Assembly: GCA_047601445.1 (NCBI GenBank)
Contig: JASGJH010000001.1
Span: 8,768,001-8,832,000 of the forward strand
Length of the DNA: 64,000 bases
DNA from: Myxococcales bacterium
Lineage (GTDB): Bacteria; Myxococcota_A; Polyangia; Polyangiales; DASUME01
Direction of reading: 5' to 3'
The notes beneath the pieces are model-generated. The model saw nothing but the letters and a program-made list of their open reading frames with translations, searched no databases and was not told where the DNA came from. Positions 1 through 9,357 of the stretch are shown here, one piece after another (positions within the stretch are counted from its first letter, which is position 1; every line of letters starts with the position of its first letter). The translations under genes were made by a program, and so were the position numbers.

Positions 1-170
1 AAGATCGCGCCCGCGAGGTCGCAACTACCCGAATCGAGAAAGAAAACGTTGTCAGGGGTTTGTTCAGGCGCGCCGTGGCCGCTAAAGTCGCGGCGCCTTT
101 TGGCCGAACCCTCTTCCAAAACGTGACGCGCGAGTGCCTCGCGCGAGCAAAACAAGGCTCCTCCATCAGC

Positions 171-974
171 ATGAAGTCGTCTCGCGGGAAGATCCTTCGC
201 TACACCATCGACCGCTTCACGGTCTTTTGGGTACTCCTCTTCTTCAGCGTCCAGCTGACGATCTGGTATTTCGCGCCGCCGTGGCTCGCCGCCGTGCTCG
301 CGTTGCCGCTGTACTTCGCGTCCATGATGTCGGCGTGCATCCACCACAATCACCAGCACGTGAATGTGTTCCGGAAGTCCTGGCTCAACCGCGTCTTCGA
401 GCTGCCGCTCACCATGCAGACGGGCGTCGGGCCGTACACCTGGGTGCTCCACCACAACCTTGGTCATCACCTGAACTATCTCGAGCAGCGTGACTACGAG
501 AAGGGTGTCGACGAGTCGCGCTGGCTGCGCAAGAGCGGCGACAAGATGGGGCGCCTCGAGTATTCGGCGTTCCTGTTCGTGAAGCACCACTTCGACGTGT
601 ACCAGGTCGGCAAGAAGCACCCGCGCATCTATCGCAACTACCTGCTCATGCGCATCCCGCTGTACACGGTGTTGGCGGTCTTGTTCTGGCTCAACCCGGC
701 CAACACGCTGATCCTGTTCCTGGCGTTGCCCCTGGCCACGCTGTTCCACACCTGTGCGGCCACCTACGAGCACCACTCGGGGCTCGAGACCAAGGATCAC
801 CTGCTGGCGAGCCGCAACAACACCAACAGGTTCTACAACATCCTCGCGCAGAACCTCGGCTATCACACGGCCCATCACACGCGTCCTGGCCTGCACTGGT
901 CCGAGCTGCCGGCCTTCCACGAGCAGATCGTGGCGAGCATTCCGGCCGGCCAAATCAAGACCACGTTCTTCTGA
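171..974 (+). CDS. Membrane fatty acid desaturase family protein
   Basis: His boxes HHNHQH, HHNLGHH and HTAHH with hydrophobic segments; ATG at 171 chosen within ORF 60-974. Confidence 0.85.
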   Translation: MKSSRGKILRYTIDRFTVFWVLLFFSVQLTIWYFAPPWLAAVLALPLYFASMMSACIHHNHQHVNVFRKSWLNRVFELPLTMQTGVGPYTWVLHHNLGHHLNYLEQRDYEKGVDESRWLRKSGDKMGRLEYSAFLFVKHHFDVYQVGKKHPRIYRNYLLMRIPLYTVLAVLFWLNPANTLILFLALPLATLFHTCAATYEHHSGLETKDHLLASRNNTNRFYNILAQNLGYHTAHHTRPGLHWSELPAFHEQIVASIPAGQIKTTFF

Positions 975-982
975 GTTCGCGG

Positions 983-1858
983 GTGGGCAGCGACCAGGCA
1001 GTCGAGCTCACGGAGCTCCTCGGACGTACGGTGACGCTCTACGTGCAGCGTCTCGGCGCGCCAGGGGCGTTTTGCTCCTTGTCACGCGAGGCCAAGCCGA
1101 GTGACCCGTCGGTGCTCTTGCCGCGCAACGAGCTCGACGAGTACGTCCATGAGGGCGACGCGCTGGAAGCCTTCGTGTACCTCGACTCCGAGGACCGTCC
1201 GGTGGCGACCCTGGCGGAGCCGAAGCTCGAGCTCGGGCAGGTGGCCTTCCTCGAGGTGCGCGACGTCAATCGCTTTGGGGCGTTCGTGGACTGGGGCCTG
1301 CCCAAGCAACTTTTGGTACCGTTCAAGGAGCAGATCCGGGAGCTGGCACCGGGGGACTGGGAGCCCATCGCGCTCGACGTCGATCGCACGGGGCGCCTGG
1401 TAGGCACGATGCGCGTGCGAGAGTTCCTGGAGGACGGCGGCGCGTTCGAGCGCAATGAGTGGGTGCCGGGCGAGGCCTGGCGCTTCGAGCCGGCGATCGG
1501 GCTGTTCGTGATCATCGAGCGGCGCTACGTGGGCTTGTTGCCTGCCCACGAGCGACACGGGTTGAAGCGCGGGGAGCAGGCGCAGTTTCGCGTCTCCCAC
1601 GTGCAGCCAGACGGCAAGGTCGAGCTCTCGCTGCGCGGCTTGGGGCATGAAGAGCGGGCGAGCGACGGCGAGAAGATTCTGGCCAAGCTCAGGGCCGGCA
1701 AGGCGCCCGGACTTTCCGATCGCACCAGTCCCGAGGAGATCGACGCCCTGTTCGGGCTCAGCAAGAAGGCCTTCAAGCGGGCGATGGGCGGGCTGCTCAA
1801 GGAGGGCAGTGTGACCTTCGATCGCGACGGCTGCTTCGTGGTGCGCGAGAAGAAGTGA
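983..1858 (+). CDS. CvfB-family S1-domain RNA-binding protein
   Basis: FVYLDSEDRPVAT, GAFVDWGLPKQLLVP and C-terminal winged helix FGLSKKAFKRAMGGL, typical of CvfB/YitL. Confidence 0.85.
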   Translation: MGSDQAVELTELLGRTVTLYVQRLGAPGAFCSLSREAKPSDPSVLLPRNELDEYVHEGDALEAFVYLDSEDRPVATLAEPKLELGQVAFLEVRDVNRFGAFVDWGLPKQLLVPFKEQIRELAPGDWEPIALDVDRTGRLVGTMRVREFLEDGGAFERNEWVPGEAWRFEPAIGLFVIIERRYVGLLPAHERHGLKRGEQAQFRVSHVQPDGKVELSLRGLGHEERASDGEKILAKLRAGKAPGLSDRTSPEEIDALFGLSKKAFKRAMGGLLKEGSVTFDRDGCFVVREKK

Positions 1859-1887
1859 TGCGGGGCGAGGGCTGAACAGCCCGCGCG

Positions 1888-3255
1888 TCACTCGAGAAGG
1901 CCGGCGTTCAGTGCGGCGGCGGCCCTGACCTGCGCCTCGAGGGTGGTGGTGCTGGCTTGGATGACGTTCGCCGATTCGTTGAAGGCATCGGGCGCACAGG
2001 TGCCGAGCTTGAACTTGGCGACGGGTGTGGTGGCGCTGCTCATGAAGGCGTCGAGGGCACCCTGGAAGGCACCTTTGGCGGCGGAGCCGAGGTCGGCACC
2101 CGCGTCGATGATGAGCTTGGATTTCTGAAAGGCGGCCAGGATGTTGGGTAGACGCGCCTTGAGCGCCTGCACGTAGTACTTCCCTTGCTCCTGGGCAGGT
2201 GCGTCGGCGCTTGCCATGAAGGTGATGTCGACCTCGAGCGACGGCGGGGTGCACTCGACCTTCAAGCTGGCGTCGGCCTTGGTCTGCGCGTCGCAGCTCG
2301 CGCTGGCGTTGCACCCAGCCATGGTCATGCAGGCCGGCGGCTTGAAGTCGCCTTCGCACTTGCCCTTGCACGTGACGAAAGCCATCGCGTTGCCTTCGCA
2401 CTTGGCGGTGGCGTCGGCCGTGCAGGAGACCATGGGTCCGGAGACCGTGCACGCGCCGCTGCAGGTGCCGCTGCAGTCCGCGCCGACGTCACTCTCAATC
2501 GTGCAGCTGCCCTGACACATGCCGGTGCACTTACCCTGGCAAGTGCCTCCGTTCTGGGTGCCTTCGCAACCGCCGGAGCAGGTGCCATCGCAGGTGCCGC
2601 CACACGCGGCGTTCACATTGCCGGTTAGTGTGCAGGTGCCGGTGCACTCGCCGGTGCAGGCCACGGAAGGTCCCTTGGTGGTACAGGACGCGGTCGCGCC
2701 TGCTTCGCACGTCACCATGGCGCTGGCTTCGACCTCACAGCCACCCTTGCACTCGAAGGAGGCCGTGCCGGGATCGCAGCTGGCGTCGACCTCACAGCCT
2801 GCTTGGGCCTTGCAGTAAGCGCTGGCTTCGAAGCTGGCGTGGGCGTCGACCTCGCACCTGGCGGGCTCGGCCTTGACCTTGATGCTGGCCTGGGCGCTCG
2901 TGGTGAGCTTGGCCTTGATGGCGCCAGCGAGGCCGCCGCCCGAGGTGAGGTCTGCGGCCGTGATGCCGAAATCCGTCTCGAGGCCCTTGAGTTCGGTATC
3001 GATGCGGCGGGTGAGCGCGTCCGCGGTGGTCTCGAAGTCGAGTGCGGCCTTGAAGAACGCGTCCACCGAAGCGACGCCAGTGATTCCAGCTTGTCCCTTC
3101 GCAACGCTGGCCTCGCACGAGAAATCGCTGCTGCAGTGATCCGTGATGACCTCGGGTGAGTCCCCGCATCCCGCGTGTGCGAAGATACTCAAGGCACCTG
3201 CCAAAACGTTCGCGCCGAAGAGCACACGAGCTCTGGAGTTCACTCGTCGAAACAT
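1888..3255 (-). CDS. Cys-rich lipoprotein, paralog 1 (palindromic cysteine ladder)
   Basis: 455 aa, lipobox-like AHAGC at Cys30, 30-Cys central block, GGAGG RBS upstream. Confidence 0.85.
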   Translation of the reverse strand: MFRRVNSRARVLFGANVLAGALSIFAHAGCGDSPEVITDHCSSDFSCEASVAKGQAGITGVASVDAFFKAALDFETTADALTRRIDTELKGLETDFGITAADLTSGGGLAGAIKAKLTTSAQASIKVKAEPARCEVDAHASFEASAYCKAQAGCEVDASCDPGTASFECKGGCEVEASAMVTCEAGATASCTTKGPSVACTGECTGTCTLTGNVNAACGGTCDGTCSGGCEGTQNGGTCQGKCTGMCQGSCTIESDVGADCSGTCSGACTVSGPMVSCTADATAKCEGNAMAFVTCKGKCEGDFKPPACMTMAGCNASASCDAQTKADASLKVECTPPSLEVDITFMASADAPAQEQGKYYVQALKARLPNILAAFQKSKLIIDAGADLGSAAKGAFQGALDAFMSSATTPVAKFKLGTCAPDAFNESANVIQASTTTLEAQVRAAAALNAGLLE

Positions 3256-3271
3256 CGCTCAGCCTCCAACC

Positions 3272-3309
3272 AAAAGCAAAACGGCCGGAGGCTTGTGCCG
3301 CCGGCCGTT
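3272..3309 (-). terminator. Intrinsic terminator downstream of paralog 2
   Basis: Minus strand AACGGCCGG-(CGGCACAAGCCT)-CCGGCCGTT followed by TTGCTTTT. Confidence 0.75.
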
Positions 3310-3333
3310 CATCCATGTGAATGCGAGGAGCGA

Positions 3334-4701
3334 TCAGCTGCCGATGAGTTCGGTGCTGAAGGCGCCAGCGGCCGTGACCTGAGCCTTCAGGTCGGCGGTG
3401 GCGCTCTGAATCTCGGTGGCCGACTCCTTGAAGGCGTCGGGGCCGCAGTGGATGAGCTTGTACTTGGCCACGGGGCTAACATCTCCCGACCCGAACGCGT
3501 CGATGGCACCCTGGAAGGCGCCGCTGGCGGTGGCGCCGAGGTCGGCACCGGCGTCGACGATGAGCTCGGACTTCTTGAGGGAGGCGAGGAGCTTGGGCAG
3601 ACGCGCCTTGAGCGCCTGCACGTAGAACTGCCCCTGCGCCTGTGCGGTGGCGTCGGCGCTCGCCATGAAGGCGATGTCGACCTCGATCGAGGGCGGCGTG
3701 CACTCGACCTTCAGGCTGGCGTCGGCCTTGGCCTGGGCGTCGCAGCTCGCGCTGGCGTCACACTTGGCCATGGCCATGCAGCTGGGCGGCTCGAAGTCGC
3801 CTTCGCACTTGCCCTTGCACATGACGGAAGCCATCGCGTTGCCTTCGCACTTGGCGGTGGCGTCGGCCGAGCAAGCGACCATGGGGCCGGAGACCGTGCA
3901 CTCACCGCTGCAGGTACCGTTGCACTGTGCTCCGACATCGCTGTCGATTTTGCAGCTGCCCTGACACATGCCGGTGCACTTGCCCTGGCAGGTGCCGCCC
4001 TTCTGGGTGCCTTCGCAGCCGCCGGAGCAGGTGCCGTCGCAGGTACCGCCGCAGGTGGCGTTCACGTTGCCGGAGAGCGTGCAGGTGCCTTTGCACTCGG
4101 CAGTGCAGGCCACGGAGGGGCCCTTGGTGGTGCACGAAGCGGTGGCGCCCGCTTCGCAGGTCACCATGGCGCTGGCTTCGACCTCGCAGCCACCCTTGCA
4201 CTCGAAGGAAGCCATGCCGGGATCGCAGCTGGCGTCGACCTGACAGTTTGCCTCGGCCTTGCACTGGGCGCTGGCTTCGAAGCTGGCGTGGGCGTCGACC
4301 TCGCACTTGGCGGGCTCGGCCTTCACCTTGATGCTGGCCTTGGCGCTCGCGGTGAGCTTGGCCTTGATGGCGCCGGCGAGGCCGCCACCGGTGGTGAGCT
4401 CGGCAGGCGTGATGCCGAAGTCAGCCTGCAGGCCCTTCAGCTCGGCGTCGATGCCACCGGCGAGCGTGTCGGCGGTGGTCTTGAAGTCGAGGGTCGCCTT
4501 GAAGAACGCGTCCACCGACGAGATGCCGGTCACCGCGAAGCCGCCCTTGGCGACGCTCTCGGTGCAGTCGAGACCGCAGATCTCCAGGCCCTTGGAGACC
4601 GGATTTTCATCGCAGCCGGGGGTCGTCAACAGGGCCGCGCCGGCCACCATGATGCCAGCGGCGCTGAGGGCACCGTAAAGTCGTGTCCTATCGAGCTTCA
4701 T
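3334..4701 (-). CDS. Cys-rich lipoprotein, paralog 2 (palindromic cysteine ladder)
   Basis: 455 aa, TTPGC at Cys30, colinear with both neighbours. Confidence 0.85.
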   Translation of the reverse strand: MKLDRTRLYGALSAAGIMVAGAALLTTPGCDENPVSKGLEICGLDCTESVAKGGFAVTGISSVDAFFKATLDFKTTADTLAGGIDAELKGLQADFGITPAELTTGGGLAGAIKAKLTASAKASIKVKAEPAKCEVDAHASFEASAQCKAEANCQVDASCDPGMASFECKGGCEVEASAMVTCEAGATASCTTKGPSVACTAECKGTCTLSGNVNATCGGTCDGTCSGGCEGTQKGGTCQGKCTGMCQGSCKIDSDVGAQCNGTCSGECTVSGPMVACSADATAKCEGNAMASVMCKGKCEGDFEPPSCMAMAKCDASASCDAQAKADASLKVECTPPSIEVDIAFMASADATAQAQGQFYVQALKARLPKLLASLKKSELIVDAGADLGATASGAFQGAIDAFGSGDVSPVAKYKLIHCGPDAFKESATEIQSATADLKAQVTAAGAFSTELIGS

Positions 4702-4927
4702 GAAATCACCTCTGCAGAATGTGGAAGTACGGTGGGCTTGTTCATTGCGGCGAAGCCGGTGTTGGCGCCGACCGCGGACGTGGGCACGGCCTGTCGCCGC
4801 ACATCATGGCCCCTTTGGGATGCTTGGGGCCGCATCATACACATCTCGGGCCGCGACGCAGCGCGGACGTGGGAGCTTCACCCGAGTCGGGGTGGTTCGC
4901 GCGCGCCCGCGTGAGTTCCCCTGAATT

Positions 4928-4966
4928 AAAAGCAAAACGGCCGGAGGCTTTGCGCCGCCGACCGTT
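4928..4966 (-). terminator. Intrinsic terminator downstream of paralog 3 (near-copy of 3272-3309)
   Basis: Same hairpin and U-tract; 4928-4993 nearly identical to 3272-3336. Confidence 0.75.
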
Positions 4967-4990
4967 CATCCGTGTGAATGCGAGGAGCGA

Positions 4991-6358
4991 TCAGCCGCCG
5001 ATGAGGTCGGTGCTGAAGGCGCCAGCGGCCGTGACCTGAGCCTGCAGGTCGGCGGTGGCGTTCTGGATCTCGGTGGCCGACTCCTTGAAGGCGTCGGGCG
5101 CGCAGGTGCCGAGCTTGAACTTGGCCACAGCGCTGACATCGCCGGAGGAGAAGGCGTCGAGGGCGCCCTGGAAGGCACCGCTGGCGGTGGCGCCGAGGTC
5201 GGCACCAGCGTCGATGATGAGCTCGGACTTCTTGAGGGCCGCGAGGAGCTTGGGCAGACGCGCCTTGAGCGACTGCACGTAGAACTCACCCTGGGCCTTG
5301 GCGGTGGCGTCGGCGCTCGCCATGAAGGCGATGTCGACCTCGAGCGAGGGCGGCGTGCACTCGACCTTCAGGCTGGCGTCGGCCTTGGCCTGGGCGTCGC
5401 AGCTCGCGCTGGCCTTGCAGTCGGCCATGGCCATGCAGCTGGGCGGCTCGAAGTCGCCTTCGCACTTGCCCTTGCACATGACGGAAGCCATCGCGTTGCC
5501 TTCGCACTTGGCGGTGGCGTCGGCCGTGCAGGAGACCATGGGTCCGGAGACCTTGCACTCGCCGCTGCAGCTGCCGTTGCACTGCGCGCCGACATCGCTG
5601 TCGATCTTGCAGGTGCCCTGACACATGCCGGTGCACTTGCCCTGGCAGGTGCCGCCGTTCTGGGTGCCTTCGCAGCCGCCGGAGCAGGTGCCTTCGCAGG
5701 TACCGCCGCAGGTGGCGTTCACGTTGCCCATGAGCGTGCAGGTGCCGGTGCACTCACCGGTGCAGGCCACGGACGGGCCCTTGGTGGTGCAGGAGGCGGT
5801 GGCGCCTGCTTCGCAGGTCACCATGGCGCTGGCCTCGACCTCGCAGCCACCCTTGCACTCGAAGGAAGCCATGCCGGGATCGCAGCTGGCGTCGACCTGA
5901 CAGTGTGCCTCGGCCTTGCACTGGGCGCTGGCCTCGAAGCTGGCGTGGGCGTCGACCTCGCACTTGGCGGGCTCGGCCTTGACCTTGATGCTGGCCTTGG
6001 CGCTCGCGGTGAGCTTGGCCTTGATGGCGCCGGCGAGGCCGCCACCGGTGGTGAGCTCGGCAGGCGTGATGCCGAAGTCAGCCTGCAGGCCCTTGAGCTC
6101 GGCGTCGATGCCGCCCGCGAGCGTGTCGGCGGTGGTCTTGAAGTCGACCGTGGCCTTGAAGAACGCGTCCACCGAGGAGATGCCCGTCACCGAGAACTGG
6201 CCCTTGGCCACGCTCTGGCTGCAGTCGAGACCGCACGCCTTGAGGCCCTGGTCGAGCGGCGAATCTTCGCAACCGGGCGCGGCCAGGAGGGTCACACCAC
6301 CGATGGTCAGGGCGACGGCGCTAAGAATGCCGCCAAGTTGTTTCGTACCTAGCTTCAT
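4991..6358 (-). CDS. Cys-rich lipoprotein, paralog 3 (palindromic cysteine ladder)
   Basis: 455 aa, AAPGC at Cys30, 34 Cys in total. Confidence 0.85.
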   Translation of the reverse strand: MKLGTKQLGGILSAVALTIGGVTLLAAPGCEDSPLDQGLKACGLDCSQSVAKGQFSVTGISSVDAFFKATVDFKTTADTLAGGIDAELKGLQADFGITPAELTTGGGLAGAIKAKLTASAKASIKVKAEPAKCEVDAHASFEASAQCKAEAHCQVDASCDPGMASFECKGGCEVEASAMVTCEAGATASCTTKGPSVACTGECTGTCTLMGNVNATCGGTCEGTCSGGCEGTQNGGTCQGKCTGMCQGTCKIDSDVGAQCNGSCSGECKVSGPMVSCTADATAKCEGNAMASVMCKGKCEGDFEPPSCMAMADCKASASCDAQAKADASLKVECTPPSLEVDIAFMASADATAKAQGEFYVQSLKARLPKLLAALKKSELIIDAGADLGATASGAFQGALDAFSSGDVSAVAKFKLGTCAPDAFKESATEIQNATADLQAQVTAAGAFSTDLIGG

Positions 6359-6749
6359 GTATCTCCCCTTGTCTTCTGCCTACGTTTGGAGGCGTTCCTT
6401 AAGTCGCGTCTGAACTCGAAGCAGCGTGTGCTTGGTTCTAGGTGTCAACGAGACCGAAGCCCCCGGTCGACCGGGCGCGACGGTAGCACGCAGCAATCAG
6501 CTTTCGTCGAGAAAAGAGCCAAAAAGAGCGGTGTGAGGAATGCGTTTCAAGCGCATGGCGCGCACATGCACGGCCGCGACGCGGGGCCTGCACCATCGCT
6601 TCACTGGGGACTGATTTAACCTTTGTCGCGTCAAGCTCGCCCCGAACACCACTCGCCGCGGCACAGATTCCCGAGGCCCCGTCCTTCTTACAGGCCATGC
6701 TGCAAAGCCGGTTCGTCATCTGCTGTCGGACAAGGTACGGTTGGCTCCC

Positions 6750-7007
6750 ATGATCGAGCCCAGTGAAATCGAACAACTGTTAAGGGCTGCTTTTCCAGAC
6801 GCCGCGGTGCTCGAGATCGAGGACCTGACGGGGACCAAGGATCACTACCAGGCCACCATCGTCAGCGGCAAATTTCAGGGCCTCACGCGCGTGGCCCAGC
6901 ACCAGGCCGTGTATCGCGCTCTCGGCGATCTCATGAAAGGCCCGATCCACGCGCTGGCGCTGAACACCTACACGCCCGAGGCCTACGCCAAAAAGCGCCT
7001 CACTTGA
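6750..7007 (+). CDS. bolA: BolA/IbaG family protein
   Basis: DHYQATIVSGKFQGLTRVAQHQAVY...IHALAL signature. Confidence 0.85.
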   Translation: MIEPSEIEQLLRAAFPDAAVLEIEDLTGTKDHYQATIVSGKFQGLTRVAQHQAVYRALGDLMKGPIHALALNTYTPEAYAKKRLT

Positions 7008-7035
7008 GCGCGGTGTCCGCGTTGACTCTAACGTC

Positions 7036-8151
7036 TCAGCGCTTTGACCGCGGGCGCACGCGATCCACGTTGCCACCGCCGCTGTCGCGCACCGAGTAGG
7101 AGCCGTCCACGGCGGGTTCCCTGAGCTTCTGCTCCGGCTGTTTGGCCTGGGCGTCGACTACCGTCTCGCGCGCGAAGCGCTGCGGGTCCTTGGGGGCGCT
7201 TGGTTGCGCGTTCAACTGGTGCAAAGTGACACGGTCGCGGCCCGCTCCCTTGCTCTCGTAGAGGGACGCATCGGCCCCGGCGACGAGATCGGCGGGAGAG
7301 CGGTACTGCAGTTCCTTCGTCAGGAGCGCCACGCCGATGCTGGCAGTGACTTGAAGGCTGCGTCCGGCCACCTGCACCGACGTCTGTGCGATGCGCGCGC
7401 GTAGACGCTCGGCCAGGACCTGAGCACCGCTCGCATCGCTGCCGCGGGCGATCACGGCGAACTCCTCGCCGCCATAGCGCGCCGCCACGTCCTCCGCGCG
7501 CAGGCTCTCCACCAGCACTTTCGCGGTGGCACCCAACACAGCGTCGCCGGCGGCGTGCCCGTAGCCGTCGTTGACCTTCTTGAAGTGATCGAGGTCGATC
7601 AGCATCACGGCCAGCACTCCACCGTGGCGCTTCACGAAGGCGTATTCGGCCTGCATGCGGTCGTCGAAATAGCCGCGATTGTAGAGGCCCGTCAGCCGAT
7701 CTCGCACCGCCGCTTCGTACATCGAGCGCGTGAGCTCCAGCTCCTCTGCATCGTGCAAAGCAAAGCGCAACACCACGCTGCCGAGCGTGATGAGCTCTCC
7801 GCTCTTGAGGCGATGGCGCGCGGTCAGTCGCTGGCCCTCCACGAAGGTGCCATTGCGGCTCTCGAGATCGGTGACCGCGAGTGTGTCGCCCTCGCGATCG
7901 AAGCGTGCGTGCGTGCGCGAGAGGCTGGGATCCTCGATGCGCAAATCGGCCTCGAGGCCACGCCCGATCACCGCGTGCGAGCCCTCCACCGTGAGCACTT
8001 CGCCGGCGTGGGGACCCTTCACCACCAGGAGTGCGAGCGCGCTGCGCTTGGAGCGGGCACCGATCGGTACGGTGATCTCCTGCGTTACGTCATCGCTGCT
8101 GGTCCGGGAACTTCGCCCCGACAAGGTCTCGATCACTTTCTGCGATCGCAT
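7036..8151 (-). CDS. FHA-domain diguanylate cyclase
   Basis: FHA (IGRG...SRTH...SRNGT) plus DRLTGLYNR, DLDHFKKVND, RAED I-site and GGEEF. Confidence 0.92.
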   Translation of the reverse strand: MRSQKVIETLSGRSSRTSSDDVTQEITVPIGARSKRSALALLVVKGPHAGEVLTVEGSHAVIGRGLEADLRIEDPSLSRTHARFDREGDTLAVTDLESRNGTFVEGQRLTARHRLKSGELITLGSVVLRFALHDAEELELTRSMYEAAVRDRLTGLYNRGYFDDRMQAEYAFVKRHGGVLAVMLIDLDHFKKVNDGYGHAAGDAVLGATAKVLVESLRAEDVAARYGGEEFAVIARGSDASGAQVLAERLRARIAQTSVQVAGRSLQVTASIGVALLTKELQYRSPADLVAGADASLYESKGAGRDRVTLHQLNAQPSAPKDPQRFARETVVDAQAKQPEQKLREPAVDGSYSVRDSGGGNVDRVRPRSKR

Positions 8152-8223
8152 CGTCGGCGCACACACCCGTCATGGACTGACGGCCGTGCCCGGACCCCCC
8201 GCGGTCGCACGGGGACTACTCTA

Positions 8224-9357
8224 CTACTCTTTGGCCGTGAAACCGCGTCGTTCGATCATCCGCCGCAATGTGGAGGTGGGTTGGCGAAGGGCCTGGTAGG
8301 TCGTCGTGTAGGCGTGTGTAAGGATGGCGCGCCGGGCCGCGAAGTTCATGGGGGAGTGCATGAAGAGCGTGGCATCGCTCGGGTCGGGTTCGAGGACGTG
8401 GACCTCGGTGTGAGGGTTGGCCTCGCGGTAGCGTGCCAGGCCGGCCCGCAAGCGGGCGTCGCTGCGCATGCGGACCGACTGGTTGTAGACCCACAGGAGC
8501 CCCTTGTCGCGCACACGCTTTTGCGGCCCGTGGCCGGTGGGGATGTCACGCAGGTGAACCTGGGAGCGAATCGGCACCATCGGGTTCACGATCAGGACCG
8601 CCTGGGCACCGAGCTCCATGGCGACGTCGAGATGGGCGATGTCGCCCAGGCCGGCATCGATGTAGTCGCGCTCGGCCACGCGCACCGGGGCGAACAGGAT
8701 GGGCAGAGCCGAGGCGGCCGCCACAGCCTGCGACAGCGGCACGTCGATGTTCGGCGCGCTGCCAAACACGCGGCGCTCGCCCGCGTCGAGGTCGAACGCA
8801 ACCAACGCGAGCGGACGCGAGAGCTCAGCGAACGAGTTTGGGATGGAGCGTCGCTCCATGAACTCGGCAAGGAAGCGCTCGTAGGCTTCCAAGCTGAAGA
8901 GGCCGGCGGGCAAGGAGTCCACGAAGCGCTCGAGTTCGTTCCAGACATCGGCGTCGAGTGGACTCGCGATCACCGAACCCATCGCGCGCCGGCCCGCGCT
9001 CAAGACGGTGGAGATCACGCGCTTGAACTCGCTACCGTGAAAATGAAACATGTGCTGACGGCGCAGCGGGAAGAAGTCGTCGGCGGGATCGAGGAGCGCA
9101 CGATAGAGGCGGCTCGCGCGCAGGCCCCCGGCGAGCGCCATGGCCACCGTGGCACCCGAGCCAGTGCCCACGAAGGCGTCGAAGTCCGAGGCGTGAAAGC
9201 CCGTGAAGAAATCCTCGAGCGCCGCCAGGCAGCCCACCTCGTAGAGCGCGCCGGTGACGCCGCCTCCGCACAGGCACAGGCCCGTCCGTGGGCCGCTCGC
9301 GTGTCGCGAGAGGGTGGGGCGATAGGACGCTTTTTCGAGCTCACTCATGGGCGCCAT
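8224..9357 (-). CDS. Patatin-like phospholipase family protein with non-canonical motifs
   Basis: GGGVTG oxyanion loop, AASALP; GTGSG and DAG in place of GxSxG and DGG. Confidence 0.8.
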   Translation of the reverse strand: MAPMSELEKASYRPTLSRHASGPRTGLCLCGGGVTGALYEVGCLAALEDFFTGFHASDFDAFVGTGSGATVAMALAGGLRASRLYRALLDPADDFFPLRRQHMFHFHGSEFKRVISTVLSAGRRAMGSVIASPLDADVWNELERFVDSLPAGLFSLEAYERFLAEFMERRSIPNSFAELSRPLALVAFDLDAGERRVFGSAPNIDVPLSQAVAAASALPILFAPVRVAERDYIDAGLGDIAHLDVAMELGAQAVLIVNPMVPIRSQVHLRDIPTGHGPQKRVRDKGLLWVYNQSVRMRSDARLRAGLARYREANPHTEVHVLEPDPSDATLFMHSPMNFAARRAILTHAYTTTYQALRQPTSTLRRMIERRGFTAKE

